A DNA stretch of 64,000 bases from a virus, in IMG/VR virus record IMGVR_UViG_3300020179_002092, positions 10,496 through 74,495 of that record; one strand, 5' to 3'. Shown piece after piece: positions 50,311-61,309 of this stretch (positions within the stretch are counted from its first letter, which is position 1; each line of letters opens with the position of its first letter). The position numbers and the translations under genes are program-made. The notes under the pieces are model-generated. The model ran no database searches. It saw only the letters and a list, made by a program, of their open reading frames with translations, and had not been told where the DNA came from.

Positions 50311-53300
50311 TTATTCTCTGTTATATAAAAAACTAATTACAAGATCAGTTCCCGCAATAGAACTACCTTTTTGCAGCACATCAACTGTAAAATAATCGCC
50401 TTTTATTGAATTAATATTAACGTTAGATTCAATAGAATTAGTAGTAGCAGCTATAGTTAACTGTGCCACTTCGCTAGCATTTTTCTTTATACTTAAAATT
50501 ATACTTGTACCGGTAGGGGCTGTTGAAACCTGTGCTCTTAGTTGGCTGACTAAAATATTACTTTGTATCCACCATCTACTGGTGCCTGTAGAAATATTTA
50601 CTGTACCAGGTAAATTATAGTGCCTTTCTAATATTGTAGGCTGTCCTTGTATACCTTGTATACCTTGTATACCTTGTATACCTTGTTGTCCTATTGTACT
50701 AGTAATTTGCCAAGTAGTTCCATCGTATATAAATTCATATGTAGTACCGCTTATATCTAGTAATACATCATCTGCGTAACCTTCTATAGTACTACTATTT
50801 CTAGCAACTGTTAAGTTAATATTAGCTAAATTAGCTCCATCTGTAATAACTACGTAGTTACCTACTGCAGGACTACTAGGTAGTGTAATAGTAAATGTAC
50901 CACCACTAGTATCAACTATTAATTTATCACCACTTATAGCAGTATAATTTGCTGTTTTTCTTGACCACAGTGAGCTTCCACCAGTAGCTGTAAAAGTAAT
51001 AGATTTTGGAACACTACTAGGGTTGGTTGTTATTTGTACACCACTGCCAGCTATAAATTTAACAGTATCTAAGCCACTAGCTACTAAATCTGCCTGACCG
51101 TCTACTTGCCAAGTTTTAAAAGTAGAATTCATACCTACTTTTACAGCACCACTACCTAGGTTAGTTACATCAAAACCACTGTCGCTATCAAATCTTAGTG
51201 CAGTAACACTAGACACTGCTTGACTAGTTACATTAGAACTATTTATAAGGCTAACTTCCATTAAAGTACCACTAGTACCTTGTATACCCTGACCAGCAAA
51301 CTCTCCGTGTAATCCTTGTATACCTTGTACGCCTTGTACGCCTTGATTTTGATTAAAACCACCACCTTGTATACCTTGCGTACCCTGTATACCTTGTGGA
51401 CCAAGATTAGTAATATTAATAATACCTGCCATTGACCCATGATGTTGGCAATTATAATATAATGTATTTGGTGCATCATAAGGTACAACAAATGTAATGG
51501 TACCATTATCAATACCATTATTGGTTACTCCAGTGTTGTATTGATCACCTGTACCAGTTGTTTGAGTCGTTTTTATCCAAAAAGTATGACCACTAGCAGA
51601 AATAGAAAAGTAATAAGTAAATCCTCTTATAAAGTTAAGAGTAGGATTATTAGATCCATTTATTACATAGGCACCACTTCCAGAATTAGTAACAGTATAG
51701 GTAGCTCCTCCTACTAATCCTTGTATACCTTGGTTGCCTTGTGGCCCTTGACATCCTTGTGTACCTTGAGTACCTTGTGGTCCCTGTATACCTTGAATAC
51801 CTACAGCTCCGCTAAGATCACTTTGATAGCTCCAGCTAGTACCAGTCCATAAATATAGTTTACTATTATCAGGATCTTCTGAATTAATTGTATTTACTAA
51901 AGCAAACTGACCTCCTACAATATTTGTAGGATTAGTATCTGCTAATAATGCAGATACTGTTGAATATACTTTTGCAATAACAAAACCTAAACCAGTATCG
52001 CCTCGTAATCCTTGTAGTCCCTGTATACCTTGTATACCTTGTATACCTTGATTTTGATCAAAGCCACGTCCCTGCAATCCTTGCAGCCCTTGCAGCCCTT
52101 GCAACCCTTGCAACCCTTGCAGCCCTTGCAACCCTTGATTCTGATCAAAACCACCACCTTGTAATCCTTGTACACCTTGTGGTCCAATTACTCCTTGTTC
52201 ACCTTGTGGTCCTGTATAACCTTCTGGTCCTTCTGGCCCAATTTGCCCATGTTCACCTCGTGTACCCTGTAATCCTTGAGACACTAGTAATGTCCAATTG
52301 TTTCCTTCAATAGGTATAATACCAGAAGTAAGTGTAAATATCATTGATCCACTTATAGTTCCTTCAGTAAACCCTATAGGTGTTCCACCAATAGCTGTAC
52401 TTAATTTAAATTGAAAACTAGCGTCCGGTACAGAAATAATATAGTAGTATGTTCCTAACGGATTATAACCGATAATTGTTGCTGTGCCACCATCATTAGT
52501 TCCAGATACATATACTCTATCTCCTACCCTTAATCCCTGATCTAAATTAACTGGATTACAACTAATTATACCTGTAGAATTTATACTTATATTAGTTAGT
52601 GTTTCAGTTATAAAATTTTCTTTTACTAGCCAGTTACTACCAATATAGTGAACGATATCAAAATATTCATAATTTGCTGTTGAATTCCAGATACCTTTAG
52701 GAGTAAATCTTCTACCTTGTGTACCTTGCGTACCTTGACTTTGATCAAATCCACCACCCTGTATACCTTGTGGTCCTTGTGGTCCTTGTGGCCCATATGG
52801 TCCTTGTATACCTTGATTTTGGTCAAAACCACCACCCTGTAGTCCTTGTCTACCTTGTGTACCTTGTCTACCTTGTGTACCTTGTCTACCTTGTAGTCCT
52901 TGTATACCTTGATTTTGATCAAAGCCACCACCCTGTAGCCCTTGTTGACCTTGTGGCCCTTGTGGCCCTTGTATACCTTGTGATCCTTGTATACCTTGAT
53001 TTTGATCAAAGCCACCACCCTGTAGTCCTTGTGTACCTTGTGTACCTTGTGTACCTTGTGTACCTTGTCTACCTTGTGTACCTTGTGTACCTTGATTTTG
53101 ATCAAAGCCACCACCCTGTAGTCCTTGTGTACCTTGTACACCTTGTGGTCCTTGTCTACCTTGAGTACCTTGAGTACCTTGATTTTGATCAAAACCACCA
53201 CCCTGTAGTCCTTGTCTACCTTGTGTACCTTGTCTACCTTGTGTACCTTGTCTACCTTGTGTACCTTGTGTACCTTGATTTTGGTCAAAGCCACCACCTT

Positions 53301-56130
53301 GTAGTCCTTGCGTACCTTGAGTGCCTTGTCTACCTTGAGTGCCTTGTCTACCTTGAGTGCCTTGTGTGCCTTGATTTTGATCAAAACCACCACCCTGTAG
53401 TCCTTGTGTACCTTGTGTACCTTGAGTACCTTGAGTACCTTGTCTACCTTGTAGTCCTTGTATACCTTGATTTTGATCAAAGCCACCACCCTGTAGTCCT
53501 TGTAGTCCCTGAATACCTATTCTACCACGTGGTCCTTGTATACCTTGTGTGCCTTGATTTTGATCAAAGCCACCGCCCTGTAGTCCTTGCTGACCTTGTG
53601 TACCTTGTCTACCTTGTGTACCTTGTGTACCTTGTGTACCTTGTGTACCTTGATTTTGGTCAAAGCCACCACCCTGTAGTCCTTGTGTTCCTTGTGGTCC
53701 TTGTGGTCCTTGTGTACCTTGTAGTCCTTGTATACCTTGATTTTGATCAAAGCCACCACCCTGTAGTCCTTGTGTACCTTGTGTACCCTCTAATCCTTGT
53801 GGTCCCTGTGGTCCCTGTGGTCCCTCTAATCCCTGTGGTCCTTGTGGTCCCTCTGGACCAGTATAAACTTCAGCAACAAAGTACTCTCCACTAAAACCTT
53901 GTATACCCTGTGCACCTTCTATACCTATAGGACCTTTTGTACCCTGTGCTCCTTGTGATCCAATTTGTCCTTGTATACCTTGTGATCCAATTTGTCCTTG
54001 TGTACCCTGTAATCCAATTTCTCCTTGTTCACCTGGATCACCTTGTGGTCCGGTTTCTCCAACTTCTCCTTGTTCTCCTTGTAATCCTTGTTCACCTTGT
54101 ACACCTTGCGCACCTTGTACACCTTTTACATTATGAAGCTCTACTATACTCAATACTGGGCCAGTGTAATTACCAAATATAACATTTTCCGCATTTGTCA
54201 TATTTGTAATTGCTAGTGAATATATATATGTTCCTGCTACTACGTCATCTATTATTTGTATAACAAATGGATTTGCAATACCTGTTGTATATGTAGAAAT
54301 AGTAGTTAATTGATCTAATGGTACACCGTCTCTAAGTATGTTTATTTCAGCAATACCTGGATCACCAGTCAATAGAGTAAATAATACATCACCTTGCGCT
54401 ATAATTTGAACTGGGCTACCGCTTGTAGATATTGTTGCTGTAACAATATCTACAGGCAATGACATAAAATAGTCTACAGTTACTGGATAAGGTTCTTTAG
54501 TTTGTACGTAATTTACTGAACTATATAGATAACTATTACCTTGTATGCCCTGTATACCTGGTTGCCCTTCGACACCTTGTATACCTTGTATACCTGGTTC
54601 GCCTATGCCTTGTATACCTTGTATACCTTGTGGACCTTGTATACCTTGTGGACCTGTAAAAGTTTCTATAGCAAAAAATTCACCTGTTGTTCCCTGTATA
54701 CCAATAAGACCTTGCTCACCTTGTATACCTTGTATACCTTGACCATCAGCACCTTGAATACCTTGCTCACCTTGTATACCTTGAGCAGCGTACTCACCTG
54801 CAATACCTTGTATACCTTGCTCACCTTGAGGACCTTGTTCACCTTGAGGACCTTGTTCACCTTGAGGACCTTGTTCACCTTGAGGACCTTGCGGTCCCTC
54901 TGGACCGGTATAAATTTCAGCAACAAAATATTCTCCGCTAGGACCCTGCTCACCTTGTGGCCCCTGTGGTCCCTGTGGTCCCTGTGGTCCTTCTGGACCA
55001 GTATAAACTTCGGCAACAAAATACTCTCCACTAGGACCTTGTATACCCTGTGCACCTTCTATACCTATAGAACCTTCTGCACCTTGAGCTCCTTCTGCAC
55101 CTTGAGCACCCTGAATACCTTGTACTTCAAAACCTCTAGGACCTTGTATACCGATTTCTCCGGCTGTACCTTGTAGACCTTCTGGGCCTTGTGCACCATC
55201 ACTGCCAGTAATAGGTATCCAACTGCCGCTACTATAAATATATAGTTTAGATTCTGTAGTATTATACCACAATAAATTTTCTATTTCATCTGTAGGAGCA
55301 ATTGATCCTGCTCTAACAAATTGACTAAGATTAATTCCTTGAGCAGAACCTGGTGGTGTAACTATTAAGCTACCATCTTCTGCAATACTAACACTAGTAT
55401 CACCTAAATAAATTGTACTAGGTGCTAAATATAGTGATCTAAATCTTTTTGTTGGACTACCTAAGTCGAATGTTTTATCTAATGTAGGTATTATATCGCT
55501 ATCTATTTTTGCTAAATTAGCTGCTGTTCCTGATAGTCCTTGTATGCCTTGTATTCCCTGTCTTCCATCAAATCCTTGAGGTCCTTGGGTACCTTGTAAA
55601 CCCTGCAGGGCAATCATAGAAAAAATACTGCCAACAAATAACCAGTTTGATGCGCCTGGGGGACCTAGCCACAAATACACTCTACCATTATCAGGATCAC
55701 TTAAGCTAGTAGTTTTTACTATAGCAAACTCACCTGCTGTCATTGGCTGGCCAACGGCTATCTGTGGATTAAAATCTCCTTCTAGTATTGATCTACTAAT
55801 ATAAATTTTAGTTATTCTAAATACGCCTACATCGCCTTTAGAACCTGTAGGCCCTATAGGTCCTAGTAAACCTTGAATACCTTGTCGACCTTGAATACCT
55901 TGTCGACCTTGCATACCTTGAAGGCCTTGCCAACCTTGAATACCCTGCCAACCTTGAAGACCTTGACGGCCTTGAAGACCTTGAATGCCTTGAATGCCTT
56001 GAATGCCTTGAATGCCCCTAGAAACACTAGCTACCCATCTTGGATTATAAGCGTCATAAGTATAGGTTACACCACCAACAGTAAAAGTTTGACCATTAAT
56101 TGCACCATTTGGAAAATTTATAGCTGGCAT
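50311..56130 (-). CDS. Giant collagen-like (Gly-X-Gln) fibre protein, multi-domain
   Basis: Long G-X-Q tracts alternate with globular domains, including a cupredoxin-like domain, a gp9/10-like [13 protein letters not shown] domain and a C-terminal [10 protein letters not shown] domain. Confidence 0.85.
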   Translation of the reverse strand: MPAINFPNGAINGQTFTVGGVTYTYDAYNPRWVASVSRGIQGIQGIQGIQGLQGRQGLQGWQGIQGWQGLQGMQGRQGIQGRQGIQGLLGPIGPTGSKGDVGVFRITKIYISRSILEGDFNPQIAVGQPMTAGEFAIVKTTSLSDPDNGRVYLWLGPPGASNWLFVGSIFSMIALQGLQGTQGPQGFDGRQGIQGIQGLSGTAANLAKIDSDIIPTLDKTFDLGSPTKRFRSLYLAPSTIYLGDTSVSIAEDGSLIVTPPGSAQGINLSQFVRAGSIAPTDEIENLLWYNTTESKLYIYSSGSWIPITGSDGAQGPEGLQGTAGEIGIQGPRGFEVQGIQGAQGAEGAQGAEGSIGIEGAQGIQGPSGEYFVAEVYTGPEGPQGPQGPQGPQGEQGPSGEYFVAEIYTGPEGPQGPQGEQGPQGEQGPQGEQGPQGEQGIQGIAGEYAAQGIQGEQGIQGADGQGIQGIQGEQGLIGIQGTTGEFFAIETFTGPQGIQGPQGIQGIQGIGEPGIQGIQGVEGQPGIQGIQGNSYLYSSVNYVQTKEPYPVTVDYFMSLPVDIVTATISTSGSPVQIIAQGDVLFTLLTGDPGIAEINILRDGVPLDQLTTISTYTTGIANPFVIQIIDDVVAGTYIYSLAITNMTNAENVIFGNYTGPVLSIVELHNVKGVQGAQGVQGEQGLQGEQGEVGETGPQGDPGEQGEIGLQGTQGQIGSQGIQGQIGSQGAQGTKGPIGIEGAQGIQGFSGEYFVAEVYTGPEGPQGPQGLEGPQGPQGPQGLEGTQGTQGLQGGGFDQNQGIQGLQGTQGPQGPQGTQGLQGGGFDQNQGTQGTQGTQGTQGRQGTQGQQGLQGGGFDQNQGTQGIQGPRGRIGIQGLQGLQGGGFDQNQGIQGLQGRQGTQGTQGTQGTQGLQGGGFDQNQGTQGTQGRQGTQGRQGTQGTQGLQGGGFDQNQGTQGTQGRQGTQGRQGTQGRQGLQGGGFDQNQGTQGTQGRQGPQGVQGTQGLQGGGFDQNQGTQGTQGRQGTQGTQGTQGTQGLQGGGFDQNQGIQGSQGIQGPQGPQGQQGLQGGGFDQNQGIQGLQGRQGTQGRQGTQGRQGLQGGGFDQNQGIQGPYGPQGPQGPQGIQGGGFDQSQGTQGTQGRRFTPKGIWNSTANYEYFDIVHYIGSNWLVKENFITETLTNISINSTGIISCNPVNLDQGLRVGDRVYVSGTNDGGTATIIGYNPLGTYYYIISVPDASFQFKLSTAIGGTPIGFTEGTISGSMIFTLTSGIIPIEGNNWTLLVSQGLQGTRGEHGQIGPEGPEGYTGPQGEQGVIGPQGVQGLQGGGFDQNQGLQGLQGLQGLQGLQGLQGLQGRGFDQNQGIQGIQGIQGLQGLRGDTGLGFVIAKVYSTVSALLADTNPTNIVGGQFALVNTINSEDPDNSKLYLWTGTSWSYQSDLSGAVGIQGIQGPQGTQGTQGCQGPQGNQGIQGLVGGATYTVTNSGSGAYVINGSNNPTLNFIRGFTYYFSISASGHTFWIKTTQTTGTGDQYNTGVTNNGIDNGTITFVVPYDAPNTLYYNCQHHGSMAGIINITNLGPQGIQGTQGIQGGGFNQNQGVQGVQGIQGLHGEFAGQGIQGTSGTLMEVSLINSSNVTSQAVSSVTALRFDSDSGFDVTNLGSGAVKVGMNSTFKTWQVDGQADLVASGLDTVKFIAGSGVQITTNPSSVPKSITFTATGGSSLWSRKTANYTAISGDKLIVDTSGGTFTITLPSSPAVGNYVVITDGANLANINLTVARNSSTIEGYADDVLLDISGTTYEFIYDGTTWQITSTIGQQGIQGIQGIQGIQGQPTILERHYNLPGTVNISTGTSRWWIQSNILVSQLRAQVSTAPTGTSIILSIKKNASEVAQLTIAATTNSIESNVNINSIKGDYFTVDVLQKGSSIAGTDLVISFLYNRE
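52260..52716. repeat. Direct repeat copy A (457 bp, ~96% identical to 63412-63868)
   Basis: Manual alignment: 20 mismatches, no indels. Confidence 0.9.
52733..53790 (-). repeat. Tandem array of 12 GGGFDQ(N/S)Q units separated by 6-8 G-X-Y triplets (period mostly 87 or 96 bp)
   Basis: Recurrent tgattttgatcaaagccaccaccctgtagtcc on the + strand, in frame with the collagen gene. Confidence 0.85.
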
Positions 56131-56149
56131 TTTATATTATAATCCTTTA

Positions 56150-58084
56150 TTAGGTTTGTCTATAAAACTTAATTCGTGGCCAAGTTTGTCCATCTATATT
56201 CCTAGTACTATTATTAAACTTAGGAAATTTTTGTTGAGCTAAGGCACTTTGTGATACTGGTGGTGATATATAGCCTAAGTATCTGTTAGATGCACCATAT
56301 GTTGTAGTATTAAGTCTGCTAAAATGTGTATTAGAATAGCTAGGATCAAATGTTGGGCTTTCATCTAATAGCTGATTACTAGTAGACATTTCTATTAATT
56401 TAGCCTTTGCTTGTGTTTGATTTAATGTGGGATATGCTTCAAGTATAGCAGCTAATACTCCGCAAACATTAGGACAAGCAAAACTAGTGCCTTTTAATCG
56501 TGTTCTATAATGTATTTTTGTATAGGGTGCTTTTGGCTTAAAATATCCTGTAGTTAGATCGGGATCAATTTCAGCAGTTCTAGGGTCAACTTGTGAAATT
56601 CTGTCATTATAGTAATTTACTCCGTTACTTGCACCAGTAATTCCAACACCTGGTGCAAATATATCTGTTCTTGGGCCAGCGCAACTAAAATCTGCTTTTC
56701 TGTCTATTTTTGCACAATCTGCAGCACTAACCATTATTACACCTGTAGTGGCTCCAGGAGTAGCTCCTCTGTGAAAATATAAACTATCATTAATAAAACT
56801 TTCGCTGTCAAGAAATGATAGTCTGTTATTGTAGTGTGCAGAAGCTGAGGTGCTAGGATTATCAACATAATGAAAAAGATTACCTGCTGCACCAACAAAA
56901 ATAATACCTTCTGCTATTCCATCAGCAATATCTTCGTCTATACTAGGTACTCTAACTTGATATATAACAGTATTTGTTGTTATACCTGTACGATTATTAT
57001 TAACTTCATACCAGCCGTATATTAATCCAAATTTAAACCTTGCTGTTAAATTAAGCTTTCCATTTATCCATATCCAACTACTACCAGGTCTAGTATACTT
57101 GGTTCCTTTATACCAAATAAATTTAGATTGATCCATTTCTTTTAGATCACTCCACGCATAACTCATATTAACAATTGTTGGATTTTTTCTACCTGTTGTT
57201 GGGTTTATAGACTTAGTTCTATGAAATTCTCTTATATAATTAATATTATTAGTTGATGCGTATTCTATGTTATATATGTTTGCTTTTCTAGCCCAACCAC
57301 AAGAATTTCCAGCAACTATTGAAGCTGTAAGCGTTCCATGATCACTTTCATCATTAATTGGATATGATTGATAATTTGTGTTATAATCGGGATAAGTACC
57401 TGCTGTTTGACCAGTAACTTGTGGATTATGTTGAAACCAATTGTAATATTTAAATCTGCTATTTCCAGTACCGTCACTATTTTTATTAAATTCTATATGT
57501 TTAGGATCAGTAATACCATCAACAATTACTACATCAACATGTTCGCCTTGTACACCAAGAGTTATACTTTCAAAAACTTCAGGAGATCCATCTTTGCCCC
57601 AATTTGGTATCTGAGCACGTTTAGTACAACGTAATAGTGCCCAATTTATCCAAGTACTGCTACCATAATGTGCACTACGAGGATTTGCTAAATCTGAATC
57701 TGTATTACCAGGATATTGTGCCCAAGGATCATTATAGTTAGACATTTTATTCCAACCACTGTATGTTCTAAAAGCAGATTTGTTTTCAGGTGGACGAAAA
57801 AAATTCCATGTTTGTTGAGGGTTTATAATAGTATTAGTAAGTCGAGGTATTATTCCTAAATCTTCCGGAGTTCTAGTAACGTTTAATACTCTGCTATCTT
57901 GTTTAACCTGCTCGGCCTCTTCATCTGTTAGACGATAATGTGTACTGCGACTATTTGGTTTTCTATGTATGCAGTCTACAATTCTAGCTGGAATTTCATT
58001 ATCTCCATAGTAAGATTCCATATCTTCATAAAACTGATCAAGATCTTTTGCATTTTTTAAAATTACAATATATTCTTTTTCCAC
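56150..58084 (-). CDS. Subtilisin-like S8 serine protease with N-terminal I9-like propeptide
   Basis: Catalytic Asp VVIVDG, His DHGTLTASIVAG, oxyanion AAGN, Ser GTSFACPNV; N-terminal KEYIVILK. Confidence 0.88.
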   Translation of the reverse strand: MEKEYIVILKNAKDLDQFYEDMESYYGDNEIPARIVDCIHRKPNSRSTHYRLTDEEAEQVKQDSRVLNVTRTPEDLGIIPRLTNTIINPQQTWNFFRPPENKSAFRTYSGWNKMSNYNDPWAQYPGNTDSDLANPRSAHYGSSTWINWALLRCTKRAQIPNWGKDGSPEVFESITLGVQGEHVDVVIVDGITDPKHIEFNKNSDGTGNSRFKYYNWFQHNPQVTGQTAGTYPDYNTNYQSYPINDESDHGTLTASIVAGNSCGWARKANIYNIEYASTNNINYIREFHRTKSINPTTGRKNPTIVNMSYAWSDLKEMDQSKFIWYKGTKYTRPGSSWIWINGKLNLTARFKFGLIYGWYEVNNNRTGITTNTVIYQVRVPSIDEDIADGIAEGIIFVGAAGNLFHYVDNPSTSASAHYNNRLSFLDSESFINDSLYFHRGATPGATTGVIMVSAADCAKIDRKADFSCAGPRTDIFAPGVGITGASNGVNYYNDRISQVDPRTAEIDPDLTTGYFKPKAPYTKIHYRTRLKGTSFACPNVCGVLAAILEAYPTLNQTQAKAKLIEMSTSNQLLDESPTFDPSYSNTHFSRLNTTTYGASNRYLGYISPPVSQSALAQQKFPKFNNSTRNIDGQTWPRIKFYRQT

Positions 58085-58085
58085 G

Positions 58086-61000
58086 TTATATCTCTGTTCT
58101 AATAATAGTAAAAGTTACGTTTACAATACTAGCACCCCCTCTATTTACTATTCTAACAGGCATAACATCTTGTGGAGGATTTTCATCATTAAAACCTAAT
58201 ACAACAGGCATAAGTGTTACAATTCTAGCCCCATTAGTAACTATTTCTGCAATTAGTCCAGAATCAAATATAGGATCGTCTGCTTCTGCTCTAGATTGAT
58301 CCAATAGTCTACTAGCATTGTCTGTATATACTCTTACCCAAGCAGCTCTATCTGTTTCAATCTTATAAATACCATAACCTTTAAAAGCTGATACACTAAA
58401 ATCTTGTCCGCTTCCAGTAGCCAATACACTTGTTGTAACAGTTCTAGTATATCTTTGTGTTAAAGCAGTACCATATATACCTTGTATACCTTGTATGCCT
58501 GCTATACCTTGTGGTCCAGTAAAAGTCGTAGTTATAAATGCTTCACCAGTTATACCTTGAATTCCTTGTATACCTTGTAGTCCTTGCAACCCTTGTATAC
58601 CTTGTATGCCTTGTATGCCTTGATTTTGATCAAAACCACCACCTTTTATACCTTGTATACCTTGATTTTGATCAAAACCAAAACCTTGTATGCCCTGTAT
58701 GCCCTGTATACCTTGTATACCTTGAATACCTTGAATACCTTGAATACCTTGATTTTGAGCAAAACCAAAGCCTTGTACGCCTTGTACGCCTTGTATACCT
58801 TGTATACCTTGTATGCCCTGTATACCTTGATTTTGAGCAAAACCAAAACCTTGTAATCCTTGAATACCTTGTAATCCTTGACGACCTTGTATACCCTGAA
58901 TGCCTTGTATACCTTGCAAACTTTCTGCACCTACATTAGCACTAACCCAATGATTAAAGTCACCATCATAGTAGTAGAAAAATAATGATCCAATGTCACT
59001 AGCCCACCAAAAATCACCTACTTTAGGGTTACTAGGAGGTAATATTCCTACTTGTGCCCTAAATTCAATACCTTGTAGTCCTTGCCAGCCTTGTAGTCCT
59101 TGCCAGCCTTGTAGTCCTTGTATACCTTGTAGTTGATTATAACCAAAACCTTGTGGACCTAATACTCCTTGCATACCTTGTATGCCAATTGCACCTAAAA
59201 CTCTAATACCTACTTTAGTACCTGTCGATGGCGCAACAGTAAATACCACATCATTTAAATATACACCAAAATCAAGTCCAGGAGTTTGTGTAACACCATT
59301 TAATGTAACCAATACATTTTCTGTATTTACCCCTAAACCAGCACCAAAAATTACTTGTGAGTTGTTACCAATATAAGTATAGTAGCTATATCCTATAGCA
59401 CCGGCAGAACCTGGTCCTTGTATACCTTGTATACCTTGATTTTGTTCATAACCAAAACCTTGAATTCCTTGAATTCCTTGAATTCCTTGAATTCCTTGAA
59501 TTCCTTGAATTCCTTGCGTACCATCTAAACCTTGTACACCTTGAATACCTTGTAATCCCTGTCCAGTAATACCTTGTAATCCTTGAGAACCACTTAAACC
59601 TTGAGTACCAATAGTACCAGTTAGTCCTTGTGGACCTATTGGACCACGAGTACCTTGAGTACCCTGATTACCTTGAGAGCCATCAGCTTGATCAAATCCA
59701 CCACCTTTTATACCTTGTGGGCCTTCATAGCCTTGTACACCTTGAAAGCCTTGCCAACCACTTAAACCTTGTATACCTTGAATGCCGGTTTTTGCACCTA
59801 CTCCGCCCTCAATTTTTAAACCTAAAGAATATCTACCATTTTGACTGCTGTCTATGTCAGCAGTGTCAAAATAACTGCCGCTAATATCAGATAAGATTAT
59901 AGGGCCACCGTCTAATCTATATAGGTACAGTAGTTTATCTGTAAATGCATTGCTAGCACTATTAAGACCAGTAATTTCTTTAAAAGTAAATCCGTCTGGA
60001 TTTGGTGATAAATTAGAAAGCGTAATAGGCCCGCCTTCAGTATTAATTAATACTAGTTCTCCAGAAGAACTTACACTAGCTTCTATATATGGTATACCAG
60101 ATTTGTTGATGTCAGTAGCTATATCAGCCGAAACTGCAAATACGTTGTTAGAGTAATTAGCTGTATAAATATCGCCATTAATATGTGTATCACATAATAC
60201 ACTAACGCCGTTTATAACACCTGTAAAAGGTACTTTTGCTAATATCTCACCTAGACTAGCTACAACATTAGCAAAATCAGTTTTAGTTTCTGTAGGTCGA
60301 AAAATAGTTCTAGCAGTTACGTAATGATATGGTGTAAGTAAATTTATTCTATCTACAATATCTAATAGGGGGACTTGTGGCGTACCCGCACTAGAATTAA
60401 GTGTAACATCTATTCCATTAATTCTTACTACATCACCATCAGTTGCATCTATATTTGCTATTGCACTTTGTGTAAAGCTTGGTATAGCATTAGCTAACTT
60501 AATAAATAATGCACGTTCTATTGTAGAAATTGTACTTAATTCTCCAGTACTATCATCAATGTAGATAAAATCACCAGGATCGCCTGGTAATCCTGGTACA
60601 TAATCAATTATACCATTGTTCGGTCTTAATAAAAATCTATTTGGTCCTGGTCCCGCCTGAGTAACAGTACCTATATATCTATCGATTGTACCTATACTAG
60701 TTTTTTGAAAGAATCCACTATCAATACTAACAGGATCACCAATACTAAATCCGTGATTTAATTGCTCTAGTTGATAGTTTTCGGCTGGATTAAAGTATTG
60801 AAAATAGCTAGCTAAACTAATGCTAAAAACTTCACTACTAATAGTACTTGGTACTGGATCTACTATTGGTATACCTCTTTCATTAATCTGAAAAAAGATT
60901 ACATCTTCACCAATATCAATAGCCGGGTTCCCATATAAAAAAGCATTATATCTTAGTCGATCTTCACATACTGCAACAATTTGATTGTCACTTTTATTAA

Positions 61001-61307
61001 GTATTTTAATTACTTGCAAAAATTTATTAGTTACTACTCCACATACAAAGTCTCCAACTTCTATATCAAGACCGTTGTAATAGCCTGGTGCTCTAGTTAA
61101 ACTACTATTATGATAAGTAGGATTAACCTTAAAAGCTATAGTAAAGGTATAAAATTTTGGATTTTGTCCACCTGCCCAAAACTGATCGCCTTGAGAGTAG
61201 GGATAAAGCCAAAAATCTTTACCCTCTACTTGTAAGACTGCTCCTGTAAGGATTTTAGGTGGAATCCCAAGTTGTGTTGCATTAGTTTTCCACGATATTA
61301 TAGCCAT
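58086..61307 (-). CDS. Collagen-like fibre protein with a large N-terminal globular region
   Basis: ~500-aa beta-rich N-region followed by G-X-Q tracts with GFG(F/Y)xQNQ interruptions and small domains. Confidence 0.8.
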   Translation of the reverse strand: MAIISWKTNATQLGIPPKILTGAVLQVEGKDFWLYPYSQGDQFWAGGQNPKFYTFTIAFKVNPTYHNSSLTRAPGYYNGLDIEVGDFVCGVVTNKFLQVIKILNKSDNQIVAVCEDRLRYNAFLYGNPAIDIGEDVIFFQINERGIPIVDPVPSTISSEVFSISLASYFQYFNPAENYQLEQLNHGFSIGDPVSIDSGFFQKTSIGTIDRYIGTVTQAGPGPNRFLLRPNNGIIDYVPGLPGDPGDFIYIDDSTGELSTISTIERALFIKLANAIPSFTQSAIANIDATDGDVVRINGIDVTLNSSAGTPQVPLLDIVDRINLLTPYHYVTARTIFRPTETKTDFANVVASLGEILAKVPFTGVINGVSVLCDTHINGDIYTANYSNNVFAVSADIATDINKSGIPYIEASVSSSGELVLINTEGGPITLSNLSPNPDGFTFKEITGLNSASNAFTDKLLYLYRLDGGPIILSDISGSYFDTADIDSSQNGRYSLGLKIEGGVGAKTGIQGIQGLSGWQGFQGVQGYEGPQGIKGGGFDQADGSQGNQGTQGTRGPIGPQGLTGTIGTQGLSGSQGLQGITGQGLQGIQGVQGLDGTQGIQGIQGIQGIQGIQGIQGFGYEQNQGIQGIQGPGSAGAIGYSYYTYIGNNSQVIFGAGLGVNTENVLVTLNGVTQTPGLDFGVYLNDVVFTVAPSTGTKVGIRVLGAIGIQGMQGVLGPQGFGYNQLQGIQGLQGWQGLQGWQGLQGIEFRAQVGILPPSNPKVGDFWWASDIGSLFFYYYDGDFNHWVSANVGAESLQGIQGIQGIQGRQGLQGIQGLQGFGFAQNQGIQGIQGIQGIQGVQGVQGFGFAQNQGIQGIQGIQGIQGIQGIQGIQGFGFDQNQGIQGIKGGGFDQNQGIQGIQGIQGLQGLQGIQGIQGITGEAFITTTFTGPQGIAGIQGIQGIYGTALTQRYTRTVTTSVLATGSGQDFSVSAFKGYGIYKIETDRAAWVRVYTDNASRLLDQSRAEADDPIFDSGLIAEIVTNGARIVTLMPVVLGFNDENPPQDVMPVRIVNRGGASIVNVTFTIIRTEI

Positions 61308-61309
61308 AA

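Noticed and set aside
52733-53790. CRISPR-like regularly spaced ~30-bp repeats
   Set aside because: The 'spacers' are themselves 9-bp collagen repeats, all units keep the reading frame of the 1939-aa gene, and there are no cas genes.
52626-59884. Long alternative-frame ORFs (VYLVYL, KVHKVD, PCIPCI, TLYTLY types)
   Set aside because: Shadow ORFs produced by stop-free frames of the G-X-Q repeats. The same applies to 41481-41727, 62869-63096 and the Gly-rich genes.
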